A DNA stretch of 64,000 nucleotides from Eledone cirrhosa (Eukaryota): positions 30,814,001-30,878,000 of the forward strand of contig OZ024753.1 of NCBI GenBank assembly GCA_964016885.1. The letters are read 5' to 3'. Under the pieces are notes generated by a model, which searched no databases, was not told the DNA's origin, and saw only the letters and a program-made list of their open reading frames with translations. Both the position numbers and the translations under genes were made by a program. Positions 30,587-43,253 of this stretch are shown in pieces. How positions within the stretch are numbered: the stretch's first letter is position 1; the number at the start of each line of letters is the position of its first letter.

Positions 30587-31519
30587 TAGACATACCCAAA
30601 TTCCTTGCAACCAAGTATAATAATTAAGTTATCAAAAATACATTTTCACGGTTATTATTTTTTGTAAAACTAGTTTTCGTGGAATTCCTCTATTTATACA
30701 TCAATGTTGAAGTCATAAAGTGTGTATAGATTATGGATCCTCCGTTAGTATCGACGATGCACGGTCAGTTGTTCGATCGACTGAACGTCCAGTTCGTGAA
30801 TCAAAATTATAATAAAGTAAGGAGTGCGGGACTGCGTACGGTTTATAATTTTTATCCCATTAATAAAATAAGTTGGATTACTTTGAACACATAATGAATG
30901 AATATTACATAATGTATCTACTAAATTTCGTAGCTGTTGATTAAATATATTTTATTGTTTATTTAAAGATTCACTTCTTTAAAATTTTCAAATGTCAACA
31001 CTTCCGGTTAGCGATCGCTTAAATAAACATTCATATATTTCCGTCACTAATTTTTTCCTAATGCAGTTTATATATAATATCGTCTTTTTTTTAAATGTAT
31101 CATGGATTACGTTACTCATTACATAAGACAGTGTATATTGTTAATTACGATTTTATTTGATGTGTCCTATCTACATGTATATATACTTGTGTATAATATC
31201 AATATGCACACTACACATACTAGCAGAAAAACCAGTTAACAATAATAGGTGGTTGAGTATTCCACAGACATATGCAGCCTCAACGTAGTTTTCACACCGA
31301 ATCAGAGTAGCATAATATATGACAAGGGTGGACCATTGAATGACGGGTGCAACTCATCGAACGTACTTCCAAATAGTTTCCACTCACAAGGCTAGGGTCG
31401 ACCCCAGGCTATAGGAAAGACACCCATGATGTCAAGAAATGAGATCAAATTCAGGAAATGATTGAGAAGCGAATCATTTAACTACTCAGACACGATTACG
31501 TTAGCATATACATTATGTA

Positions 31520-31860
31520 TTTGGATCATGTATGTATGGTCCCGTAACTCCTGATAGTCGTAGAGGTGCCGTAGTGACATACGGTGCTTCTTGAGCATTT
31601 TTTAAGCTTGGCGGAGCCCATCCCTCTCCAGGTCTAAGTACAGTAGATTTCTTCTAGAGAAAGATAGAAAGTGCTAGAGAGGAAATGAGAAAGAGATATA
31701 GAGGAAGAATCGACCCTAGTACTAGACTGGTACATTTTTTTATCGACCTCGAAAGGATGAAAGGCAAAGTTGACCTCAGCAGGATTTAAACTCAGAAAGC
31801 TAAAACGAATACCATGAAGCATTTTATCCGACGTTCTCACGACTCTGCTAATTCGTCGCC
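31520..31860 (-). mobile_element. SINE subfamily with an extended 3' body; homologues at 31935-32210 (+) and 40754-41090 (+)
   Basis: Shared CCTTTCATCCTTTCGAGGTCGATAAAAAA core and extension TCTGCTGTACTCAGGCCTGGAGAGGGATGG. Confidence 0.7.
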
Positions 31861-32207
31861 ATATAGATCATACATATATGATAATTTGTTTTTCAATTTC
31901 ATCAACTTATTCGTTATCTATACTGTCGAAAAGGGCAGCAAATTGGCAGAATACCTTGCGGATTAGACAGAATACCTTGCGGTATTCATTCTGGTTCTCT
32001 GCACTCTGTGTTCAGATCCTGCCGTGGTCAAATTCATCTTTCATCCTTTCGAGGTCGATTAATAAAGGTAAAAGTCTAGTATTGGTGTTGTTTCTTCCTC
32101 TATATCTCTTTCTTATTTCTCTCTATCACTCTTACTATTTCTCTTCTCTGGAAGTTCAGATCCGGAGAGGATGGGATCCGCCAGGTTTAAGAAATGCCCA
32201 GGAAATG

Positions 32208-32257
<50 letters not shown>

Positions 32258-32262
<5 letters not shown>

Positions 32263-32620
32263 TCTTTATTAGCCACAGGGGACAAATACAAAGGGAGAAG
32301 TTTACATACAATAAACACGTGTATTATCACAAATGCAATTTTAAAATTAGTCGATTTTCCCCAATAGGGGGAGACAGTTCATATGGGTAACACATACCTC
32401 CGAAAAAATGTGCAACCCTCATCTCCAGGAGTACGAAGAGTTTGTACTCCCTTCCTCTCCTCCTCCTTTTCCTCAACCTACAGGCTTATATAGAGAGAAG
32501 GCCCATTCACTCGGGCCATTCTCGCCACTTTCACCCATCTTTCATAAAACTTGCTGGGGTACAGCACCTCTCTCTCCATCCTGATTCTTCTTCCAAAGTC
32601 GTATTTGAACGTGCAGTTAC
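32258..32620 (-). mobile_element. 3' end of a Tx1/L1-like LINE; homologue at 57750-58105 (+)
   Basis: The - strand reads RRIRMEREVLYPSKFYERWVKVARMARVNGPSLYISL*, then a UTR ending TGTGGCTAATAAAGAAA at a microsatellite. Confidence 0.6.
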
Positions 32621-32734
32621 TGTAGGTTTACCCGGGTGAGCACACGACGCGTAGATTCACGTGTGTAACGAGGTATAGAACTAAATATAATAATAAAAGG
32701 ACGATTTGTTATGTTTTCATTACGTTTATTGAGT

Positions 32735-32819
32735 AGTGACGCACGTTTCGCTATTGATCAGCTCAAGGTTCGATCTGTATCAGTCTGGCCCGACTCTGGA
32801 ATCAAAAGCTCATCGGACC
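32735..32819 (-). ncRNA. Degenerate hammerhead ribozyme (U4C core)
   Basis: - strand: GGT-CCGATGA-GCTTTTGATT...GATCAATAGC-GAA-ACGTGCGT-C-ACT. Confidence 0.55.
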
Positions 32820-32834
32820 TGTGCTGTGGTAATG

Positions 32835-32872
<38 letters not shown>

Positions 32873-33610
32873 CAAACTGCCTAGCGAAGTAGTAGAGGCA
32901 AAATCGATACTTACATTTGAAATAAGTGATACAAGTGTTGCATAATTATAACGAACAATGACAAAAATCAAGAGCTAATGTCATAGGATGCGAAGCCTCC
33001 TTCTACTAGAAAATCTGTCATCATATATATACAAACCTGTCGTGAAGAGGGGATACTGGACGACACAGTTCCCCCCACCCAACCACCACATTTCAATGGT
33101 GCATCTCCCAGATTTAGAAAATAGTTTATATAAAAAAGAAAACTTCCTGAAATAGTTTTCTTATGAAAGATACAGTCATCTCTTCCAGAATGTTTTGAAG
33201 CTTTCCAGGAGATCCGAAACATTACAACCAGCCTGCATAAATAAATAAATAAATAAAGATATTCTTTATGTTATAGCAGGCGCGGTTGGTCCCGTTAACC
33301 ATTATAATGGTACGGCAGTGATCTAACACTGCACTGTATATACATTTTGGTGAGAACTACTTTAAAAAAGTTTAAGTTACATACGCCTGTTCGTCTTCGT
33401 GACAAAGGTCACATATACGTGACCCGTTTCCTCTACTAAATATCAAGTCATTTTCCCTCCTCCTCCACTCCCAGCTTGCTTTCGTCTCTCCCACTCCTCC
33501 TATATTACGTTTCGTTACAATGTTTCTCTCCATTTTTTTGCTCACATTTTCTTCGGCATTCTTTCTTCCTATTTAGTTTACATCTCTCTCTCTCTCTGCA
33601 TGCTTAAAAA

Positions 33611-33863
33611 TAAGAAAAAAGCAAGAAGGGGGCGAGGGGAGGAGGAGTTTTCCTCGTCAGTTGTCTACTGCGGGGTCTCGGATATTTCAATGCTTTAAAG
33701 ACAATATATCTACCCCCAGAGCGTTCAATAACTAGGTAAGTTTTCCCAATAACTTACCTAGTTATTGAACGCTCTGGAGGTAGATACATTGTCTTTAAAG
33801 CGTTGAAATATTCGAGACCCCGCAGTAGACAACTGACGAGGAAAACTCCGTTCTTGCTTTCTT

Positions 33864-33867
<4 letters not shown>
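33611..33867. mobile_element. Fold-back insertion (family E)
   Basis: Arms of about 100 nt, 33644-33742 and 33751-33849, extended by AAGCAAGAA/TTCTTGCTT; adjoins (TA)n. Confidence 0.8.
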
Positions 33868-33899
<32 letters not shown>

Positions 33900-33900
33900 A

Positions 33901-34490
33901 TTCAATACATAAACAAAGAAAGCCTTAAGCGATACTCCGACCAACTCCATCTCATTCAACAAACATTAGGATATACTTAAGTATTATCCCACCTTAGTGT
34001 TTGGGTGCTAACTAATCAGTATTTCGTGGATAATTGGTTGTATTATTTTATATGAGACATTATTAAATAAATATCTCATTTCTTCCAGACGGCCGTTTCG
34101 TTATAAGATTTCTACAATTTGGGATAAATAATTTCCAGGTTATGTAGAAACTTGTATACAAGCGGGCTCTTATAAACTCATCAGTAGATGCCCAATCAAT
34201 AACGATATAAGAATTATATCGACATTAACAGAATGGTGATAGTCTCCCTCAGCGCTAAGAAGAGACTGGTAGATTAGAATCTAGCAGTTCTCCCAAAGAA
34301 AAAATACACGCTGTCCCCAAAAGGGTAAAGGGAGGTCATCTTAAAATAAAACAATATACACGCTGGTCAATTAAACCTGTTAGGTATTAACCACGTGTAT
34401 AAGAACTCAATTGGAAATCTCAAAGAATAACCACATGTATACACAACCAATGCACACACAGAGATATTAAAACATAATAAATATATGTAT
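33901..34490 (-). mobile_element. ORF-less HHR retroelement (family L), copy 1
   Basis: Collinear homology with 41873-42430; TA-flanked; HHR at 34084-34188. Confidence 0.75.
34084..34188 (-). ncRNA. Hammerhead ribozyme with long loop II and palindromic stem III
   Basis: - strand: TCTA-CTGATGA-GTTTATAAGA...TCTTATAAC-GAA-ACGGCCGT-C-TGGA (GUC site). Confidence 0.8.
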
Positions 34491-34539
34491 CGATCACCCA
34501 TATATACACATATACGTATATATATATATATATATATAT

Positions 34540-35197
34540 GGGAAAAAGAAGTTGAAAATTTATTTACGGTACAATAACTTTACCGGTTTTACAGTATGAT
34601 GATTTCCAAAAGTTAATTGAGATTGAGAGATGTGTTGCTATGCCGTGATATGTCTCGTATCTGAAAGGCTGGAAAATTTGGGTTTTATGTAAAAAAAAAA
34701 AAAAAAAAACTCAGATTGCTATTTAAAGTATAATTTAATTGTGAGATTAAAAAAAAAAAATCTCACTCACTCTCTCACTCACTCACTCACTCACTCACTC
34801 ACACGAATTTGATAAACCTTATTCCTTTTTACATTTCCTAAAGAAATGCAGTTATTATGTATTGTGTTAACAATTGCTAATTAATTATTTCCGATGGTTT
34901 TCATATGCATGTACTATTGCCACCTGTATTAAAACGGACGTAGAAATTATAGAATAGATTTAAGTGGTTAACTTTAGTCTTCCTTCATTTTAAATATCAC
35001 AACAGAACCACAAACCCTCCATCTCAATTTTACTTTTGAAAATCATAAGAACTGTGAAACCAGTAAAGCAAATAAATAAATATTCTTTCTTAAAAGATTC
35101 TAGTTGCATTTTAATTTTTGTTTCCTTATACTTTCCCCCGTGTGGGACATCTCTTTTTTTTTTATTTTTTTTTTATTTAAAACACCTCATTTTCTTA
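34540..35197 (+). mobile_element. Older, diverged inverted-repeat insertion of family I
   Basis: 35005-35197 is homologous to family I (54791-55314); 34575-34635 is a diverged inverted copy. Confidence 0.6.
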
Positions 35198-35346
35198 TAT
35201 ATATATAGGTCCCGAAATATTGGACAGATAAAAGAACAACAACAATACCCCCCCCCCCCCCGAAGGTTACCAGGTAAATTGCTTTTACTTTTCGTTACCG
35301 TTACAGTTCATTTTGTATTGTTTAGCCTTCTATCTCTTGCAACATT

Positions 35347-35535
35347 GCGGTGGATTGGCAGTATCGGTAGGGGGTCGGACGCCATGCTTTGACGCATAGA
35401 GTTACGGCCCTTGCCATTCTGAGTTCAAATCCCGCCGAGGTTAACTTTGCCTTTCATCCTTATAGGGTCGATAAAATAAAGTACCAGTAATACACTGGGT
35501 AATTGCTGGCCTTGTGCCAAAAGTAGAAACAATTA
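35347..35535 (+). mobile_element. Dominant SINE copy
   Basis: A and B boxes, core and tail. Confidence 0.9.
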
Positions 35536-35580
35536 TATATTATATACAATGTTTCAAGCAAACTACAATATTTTATTTTA

Positions 35581-35630
<50 letters not shown>

Positions 35631-35729
35631 CAGTTTATTTTGATCATGCTTTTATATTTATTTTTATTTCATTTCTTTTTATTTTGATCATGCTTTATTT
35701 TAATTTTTATTTTTAATTTCATTCGCACC

Positions 35730-35919
35730 GTTTCCTTTCGCTATATGTCTCTCCACCACTCCCCTACACACCCTTTGAACTCTGTTCCCACACACTTCTC
35801 ACCTGAGGAAGGGCTTGTGCCCGAAACGTCGTTCCCCACCATCACCCCACTCTCCAGAGCGTGAAATTAATAAACATTCGTTGTACTGCCTCTCTGTTTT
35901 GTTCCTGTTCAAATTTTCC

Positions 35920-35922
<3 letters not shown>
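35730..35922 (+). mobile_element. Penelope-like 3' end with minimal HHR motif (family A2)
   Basis: CTGAGGA-A-GGGC-TTGT-GCCC-GAAACGTC at 35803-35830, AATAAA, ends at (TA)n; homologous to 63880-64000. Confidence 0.7.
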
Positions 35923-35954
<32 letters not shown>

Positions 35955-35960
<6 letters not shown>

Positions 35961-36418
35961 AAGGTTTAGTAAATAATGAAAAAGTTTCAAAATAAATTTT
36001 AAAAAATTGACTTTACCTACTATAGTTACCTTTACCGATCTTTACTACGGCCCTTGATAAACCTGTTCTACATCATCCACTCTCATCCCAGGAACAGTCT
36101 TTGATAGCGCTAGTTTGTGATTTAAATTCAGGAATTTTATATTCTTTGAATGAAAAGAACCTTCTGACGAGAATCTCTCTTTGCAACGAAGGCCGTATGG
36201 TCTCCGTTTTATTTTTGGGATTCGAAATCGATCGGTAAAGGTAACTATAGTAGGTAAAGTCAATTTTTTAAAATTTATTTTGAAACTTTTTCATTATTTA
36301 CTAAACCTTGTTTATATTTGTTCTGGCTCGTTAATTTATTAACCCGCCATTGAACCACACTGGCACTTGGTTGGACAATACATGCGTACCTTGGCGCCTT
36401 GTGCGTGAAGGGACGTAG

Positions 36419-36421
<3 letters not shown>
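35955..36421 (+). mobile_element. Inverted-repeat PLE-like insertion (family F) with a complete HHR
   Basis: Perfect arms of about 86 nt, 35955-36040 and 36230-36315; tail to 36421; (TA)n on both sides. Confidence 0.85.
36159..36242 (+). ncRNA. Type I hammerhead ribozyme (family F)
   Basis: ACCTT-CTGACGA-GAATCTC...GGGATTC-GAA-ATCGATCGGT-A-AAGGT; GUA site at 36235-36237. Confidence 0.82.
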
Positions 36422-36470
<49 letters not shown>

Positions 36471-37239
36471 GTGTGTGTGTTTCTGTCTTAATTTACATAT
36501 AAAAACAATTTATATAAAAAAGAGAAAAGAATAGAAGTCATGCTTACTCGATTACATGTCACGACTGCGGATGTTGAAGTTTCCACCCCTCTCTCTCTAT
36601 ATATATATTTATATATATTTATTTATCTGTGATTTTCCCGAACTCTATAATCACCATCACCGCCATCATGATCATGTTCTTATCACCCCCCCCCCTCTCT
36701 TGTAGTCCTAGAAGTAACACAAACCCTGCCAACACCTAATTACACTAAATAATCCTCAACTATCTTTGATATTCTTGATAACAATCTTATTCGCCTATAA
36801 ATCTGATATATCTTCCACCATGACTGGCAATATTTCTTTCAGGCGTAACCGAGGAAATGGTTCACGGGGGGCGACATGTTGTTATTATTGTTGTTGAAAT
36901 ATATATATATATATCATTGTTCCTGCTATAAATAATGTCTACAGGAATAGATCTTGTAACGAGTGGGTGGACGACCACCCAAATTATACCACCATCCCTT
37001 TGTGTGTGGGTTTATGTATTAGGTCGTCAAGTATGAAATTTGTAGAAAATTTTTTTTTCTACAAATTTCCACAAATTTCATACCTGACGACCCAATGTAT
37101 GTTGTTTAGCCCAAGGTTATTTCTCATTGAGCAGATCTATTATTATCAGGGTCGTTTCAGTAGTGATCATTCTTTTGTTTAACCCAATGGTTGGCAGAGA
37201 CCTAGATCAATTCCTCCCTCATTTTGAATTGTCATCAAA

Positions 37240-37340
37240 TGAAATACCAATGACGGTTGGCAAATCACTGATGAGGGACTAATTTTATAATATGTAACCC
37301 ATGTGCAACCACGCAGTATCCTTCTTCCCATATTTTTCAT
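37240..37340 (+). mobile_element. 3' end of a TA-associated repeat (family M); copies at 54482-54520 (+) and 62203-62305 (-)
   Basis: Shared GGCAAATCACTGAYGARGGACTAATTTTAT...CATGTGCAACCACGCAGTAT ending at (TA)n. Confidence 0.65.
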
Positions 37341-37502
37341 ATATATATATATATATATCAACAAACATCGTGTGTACGACGTGTTATGGGCACTTAAAGC
37401 CCATGCCCCTCCTCCTGGTCTGGGCACAGTCGATTTCTTCTCGAGCAGGAGAGATAGAGAGAGCGAGAGAGAGCAATACAGAGAGGGAGTGAGGTGGATA
37501 TA

Positions 37503-37540
<38 letters not shown>

Positions 37541-37544
<4 letters not shown>

Positions 37545-37740
37545 TAAAAAAAGTAAAAGAATGACTTCACTTGTAATTCTAAACAATTTGATTTAATTTT
37601 ATATTATGATTTGGTAGACTAGATCTACCAAATCATAATATTATAAAATTAAATCAAATTGTTTAGAACTACAAGTGAAGTCATTATTTTACTTTTTTTA
37701 AATATACCTAACTGCACCAAGGATTTCACACATTTTCCAA
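37541..37740 (+). mobile_element. Fold-back insertion, family B, short copy
   Basis: Apex near 37620; equivalent 34-nt tail at 37707-37740. Confidence 0.8.
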
Positions 37741-37754
37741 TGTACGTGTATATA

Positions 37755-37897
37755 TATATATATTTATTTATTAAAATAACAGATTAAACTTTAATCTGTT
37801 ATTTTAATAAATATTTGCTCTACGGTTCTTATATATTTGATATATATTTATCCTTATCGAGCCCTCTTTGGATTTTAGTCTTCAAATTTATTATTAT

Positions 37898-37900
<3 letters not shown>
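37755..37900 (+). mobile_element. Fold-back insertion, family D, short copy
   Basis: TTATTAAAATAACAGATTAAA-C-TTTAATCTGTTATTTTAATAA, then the family D tail. Confidence 0.8.
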
Positions 37901-37939
<39 letters not shown>

Positions 37940-39317
37940 ACACACATATATATACACATACAGAGAGAGAAATCAAACCAAGTACTGAAATGGTTCTTTT
38001 GTTATCGTCCTCGAAAGGATGAAAGTCAAAGTTGACCTCGGCAGGATTTGATCTCAGAGAGAGAGCAGGGAGCCCGAAAAAATAACGTAAAACATTCTAT
38101 CTGGCGTTCTAACGACTCTGCTAATTTATTACCAGGGCTGGGTTTACAATTGAGTAAAATATACACATGCTTAGAACATCAATGGAAGAGTGGTACTAGT
38201 TTATTACAATGAAATGTATTTGTCATTCACCCACCAAAATTCTTTTGCAGACTTTATATATGATGGGTGGGTGGGGTACCATAAACTGTTAAATGCTTAA
38301 GGCCTCAAAAAGACTGATTCCGGTTCCGATTGGAAGGCAACTACTCAGACTACAAATTCTCTATACTTTGCATAACACATATAGGAGATTTCAGCAAATA
38401 AAGCAAAACTATGAAGCAGCTACATACTTACAGTCAGTACACAGGCTACAACAACAGACCACACCTACACGATTAACTAAAAATACTCGAAGGAAAGACC
38501 ACATGTGAAGAAAACAGTTTGTCGTCATAGCTAGACCTAAACAAACACAGCATCTTTCACTGCACGCTCAATATAACATGTTTCCACATACTATAAACCA
38601 CGGCAGTATCTAAATTTGTGGGATGCATCTTGTCCTTGATCGACCACCTAAGAAAGATTAGCGTTTTCATAAAAAGTAGTACAAAATAAAACGCAATTAT
38701 GAAACCATGTTTATGCATAATAAACATTACGTTTAGTCTCGATACAAGTATTCTAAGCTGGATCATATCACATCTATCTCAGCATCGGGGTAAAAGAGGC
38801 AGATGCATTTCATTGTCGTTGCAGTTCACCAACATACGCACAACTGCTGAAGTATAGAAGACATATATCTGGTTTTTATCATGGTTTTGTGAATTATCCT
38901 TGATTGGAGGGTTATTTACATATAGATTAAATTTGAACCGTTGATATTAAATGGCGATAGAACTAACAAAACATCTGTGTTTGTATATTATGTGAATGTT
39001 TATTATGTGTAGTAATTATATCAATAAAAAAAGTACCAGTTTAGTACTGGGATCGACTCTTCGTTTATATCTCTTTCCCACTTCCAGTCCCTCACTCTCT
39101 ATCCTTCTCTGCAAGAAATCTGCTGTATTCATACCAGGTTTTAAAATGCCCTTAGAAGCGCCGTATGCCAAATGTGGTGGCCCCTACAACTCTCTCAGGA
39201 GTTACTGGACCATACCTACACAAACGCATTAGAAACACTGGATAATGTAATTGTAGATACTTCTGAAAAGATGAGTTATAGGTCTGTTGGATCGGAGTAG
39301 ACATGTGGCTAAATAAC

Positions 39318-39533
39318 GGTTTCTTATATAGGCACAAGGCTAGCAATTTTGGTGGAAGGAGGAAAGTCGATTAAATCGACCCCAGTGCGTGACTGGTACT
39401 TTATTTTATCGACCCCGTAAGGATGAAAGGCAAAGTTAACTTCGGAGGGATTTGAAATCAGAACATAAAGGGCCGTAACTCTATGCTGCAAAGCATGGCG
39501 TCCGACCCGCTACCGATACTGCCAATCCACCGC
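39318..39533 (-). mobile_element. Dominant SINE copy (long-tail variant)
   Basis: Reverse complement A and B boxes and core. Confidence 0.88.
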
Positions 39534-40678
39534 CCTCATGTGACTAAATAACAGCAGCAATTAGATCATAGGGCAAACGCCTTGCGGTTATACGTTCTGG
39601 TTCTCTGCGCATTCAGTTAAAATCCTGCAGAGGTCAAATTTATCTTTCATCATTTTGGGGTCGATAAAATAACGTACCAGTTTAAGACGTACCAGTTTAA
39701 GACGGAATGAAATGTCTTGCGATATTTATTTTGAGTTCAAATCCCTCTGTCGCTTAGTTTAACACGACCACTTGGTCCACGGGCGCCTTCATCCAAATCC
39801 ACTCCGTTGCAAGCATTAGGACCAGGTCTCCTATTTTAGTATACCTTTCTTCCTCCCTCCACCCCGAGGGTAAAAAATCCTGAAAAAGGTGTTATAGGTA
39901 CTGAATACACATTAACCCTTCCTCTTTCCGAAAAAAGCCCCCACCCCTCGTCCCTACAAATATCAACAGCGACAACACCTTCAGTAATATCAGCATATCA
40001 GCACCAGCGTTGCCACCATCACACCAAGCACTTGACTCTCACAGTAGCAGTTAAACAAAACTTTCTCAAGTACACTTGCCTTCACCGCCTTCGTAAATTT
40101 TCCTGCTCACATTTCCCAACCACTAACCACCCCGTACATCTCTTCCATCCACTACCACCAACACCAAGGAATGGGAAATAGATAATAAGGGTAGGGGGGT
40201 GGGGTGGGTTGGGGATGGGCAACGAAGCACACACACACATACGCACACACACGCTCACAAACACACGCGCACACTCATACATACACAAACACGCACACGC
40301 ACACACACACACACGCACAAGCAAGCGCACACGCACACGCAGACGCACACATACACGCACCCTCACGCTCACACGCGCACACACAAACAAAACAAAACAA
40401 AACAAAACAAAACAAAAGCACCAACAAATGCACAATATATTTTATGTCAAATTTCTAACGTACCAATCCTTACTTCGCAGCAGTCATATATATATATATA
40501 TATATACAGCAGTATATATATATATATATGGTGGTAGAATATGAGATGAGGAAGTAGACAACTTACCTTTCTCTTGTTTTTGTTGAGTGATATTAGATGC
40601 AACATGCATACGAAAAAAACAAACAAATAACGAACAAAAAACAAACAAATAACGAACAAAAAACAAACAAAAACACAC

Positions 40679-40755
<77 letters not shown>

Positions 40756-41817
40756 CGAATTGGCAGAGTTATGAGAACATCGGATAGAATACTTTATGGT
40801 ATTCGTTCCGGCCCTTTGCCTTCTGAGTTCAAATCCCACCAAGGTCAACTTTGCCTTTCATCCTTTCGAGGTCGATAAAAAAAAGTACCAGTTTAGTACT
40901 GGGGTGGATTCTTCCTCGATATCTCTTTCTCATTTCCTCTCTCTCTCACTTCCTCTATCTTACTTTGGAAGAAATCTGCTGTACTCAGGCCTGGAGAGGG
41001 ATGGGCTCCATCAGGCTTAAAATGTCCAAGAAACGCTGTATGTCAATGCGGCGCCCTTTACGACTCTCAGTAGTTACGGGAACATACATACATCATCATG
41101 AAGTAAACGCAACATGACCGAATATAAAATTCAAAGAGTTCGCTTTGTAATCATTAGATCTTGAGTTCGATCCCGCTGCATGGCATCTTGGGCAAATACC
41201 ATTTACTATATCTCCAGTTCAGACTTGTCAGTGGAATTGGGTAGATGGAAAATCTTTACATGTCCGTTTGCTTGTAATACGGTGTATCACGTTGATTTTC
41301 CGAAGAGTGGTTGCACTTCATGTCAAGATTAGCAACATCCTCAAGTGGTTAAGCATAGCCAAATGTTTAAGGGCCCGCTTCGTAATCATTAGGTCTTGGG
41401 TTCGATTCCACTGTGTGGCATCTCGAGAAAGTGTCATTTGCAATATCCTCGGATCAACCTATCTATGCCTTATGAGTGAAATCGGGTGGGCGGAAATTGA
41501 TTGGAAGCCCGTTGGCTAAATTGCACTTGCAATTTAAAGGGTCAGTCTTCTTACACAGAGTATTAGGCTGAAGCTCCATTAAGGGTACACGTGTTTGTGG
41601 AATGCTCGGCCATTTACAAAATAGGTGCCTTTCTTCCGGCGTAGCGCCTGAGGAAAGGTCTCTATTTTGATGCCTCTTGATTTCAGGAGGTATGGTCAAA
41701 TTTAGGCCTTGAAACCTTGGGTACGGTCTCTGTTCCGTGCATGATTAAATAATATAATATTTCTGCTCTCTTCCCGATTGAGCAGTTTTCTTTTTTCCTT
41801 TTCACACTTACGGATAT

Positions 41818-41872
<55 letters not shown>

Positions 41873-41874
<2 letters not shown>

Positions 41875-42771
41875 ATACATTAACAGAGAAAGCTTTAAGC
41901 TATACTCTGACTGGCTTCTATCTCACTCAACAAACATTAGCATATACCTTAGTATAATCCCAATTTTACGTTTGGGGTGCTAACTATATGTATTTTGCGG
42001 ATAGCCAGTTGTATTATTTTATATGAGACATAATTAAAATACATCTCCCTTTCCAAACAATTGTTTCATTATAAGTTTTCTACAAGTTGGGAAAAATGTG
42101 TCCGGGTTATGTAGAAGCCTACATAGTCCGTAGGAATATATGCAGGTGGGCACTTATAAATCATCAGTGGATGCCCGTCAAACATCGATATAAAAAAAAC
42201 TTTCTTACCGATATCCAATCCAATGTTCAGCGATGGTTCCTCTTCGTGTCAGAATGACCGCCAAATTTGAAATTCCAGCAGTCTCAGAATGAGAAATTTC
42301 ACGCTGTCATCAAGCGGAAAGGGGAGGTCATCGCGAAACATAAAGTAAAATAATATGCACGCGGGTCAATTAATTTTTTCAACAATTTTAACCTTGCGTG
42401 TGAAGAACTCAATTAGATGTAAAAAAAATAAATATATGCATGTATTATTTATACACGCATATAGGTATTTTCTTAGGCTAAAAACAGAGATATGATACCA
42501 GAATAACAATCAATATTTCATAGTAATAATAAATACGGAAAGTTACACTTAAAAGGTATCTGGAAATTTTCATCCCTGGCCAAATCAAGAGTATAATATT
42601 TAATACATTAACAGAGAAAGCTTTAAGCTATACTCTGACTGGCTTCCATCTCACTCAACAAACATTAGGATATACCTTAGTATAATCCCAATTTTACGTT
42701 TGGGGTGCTAACTATATGTATTTTGCGGATAGCCAGTTGTATTATTTTATATGAGACATAATTAAAATACA

Positions 42772-42775
<4 letters not shown>
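41873..42775 (-). mobile_element. ORF-less HHR retroelement (family L) with a ~175-nt terminal direct repeat; retrozyme or non-autonomous PLE-like
   Basis: 41873-42046 is repeated at 42601-42775 (period 728); HHR at 42052-42171; (TA)n on both sides. Confidence 0.82.
42052..42171 (-). ncRNA. Hammerhead ribozyme (family L, copy 2)
   Basis: - strand: TCCA-CTGATGA-TTTATAAG...CTTATAAT-GAA-ACAATTGT-T-TGGA (GUU site). Confidence 0.78.
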
Positions 42776-42812
<37 letters not shown>

Positions 42813-42815
<3 letters not shown>

Positions 42816-43253
42816 GACCAGATTTAGATCTTGGGGTACCCGGAGCAGTTCAAGTTTGGTGGGCTCTTCATATAAGCACACACATACAAGCATGTATCCA
42901 TAATGTTATACACATCAAACACCATCATTGATAAAACTAAGTATACACTCATACACATAAGCAAGTATACACCTTACACAGAGGTTCCCTTGCTTTCGCC
43001 AACTGGTGTCGCTAAAGTGGAGAAATGTTGATAAATTAGCTCGAAAGCGACATAAATTGCATTGTTAAAAGCATACACTCTAAAAGATGATTAGAGCCCC
43101 GATCTTAACAGGTAGCAGGAGTTCTGTTTGAAGTGGGGCCCCTGCTTGAAGATGGAGACCTGTTCGGAGAGGCGGGAGGAGCTGTTTTATGCGGGGTGGG
43201 ACGTGTTTGACCAGGGGGGCCCAGGGCATTCACCCTCGATAAATCTGGCCCTG
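42813..43253. mobile_element. MITE (hAT-like termini)
   Basis: CAGGACCAGATTTA ... TAAATCTGGCCCTG terminal inverted repeats. Confidence 0.65.

Noticed and set aside
37262-37300. CTGATGAG in family M as a hammerhead
   Set aside because: No downstream stem II-GAAA arrangement found.
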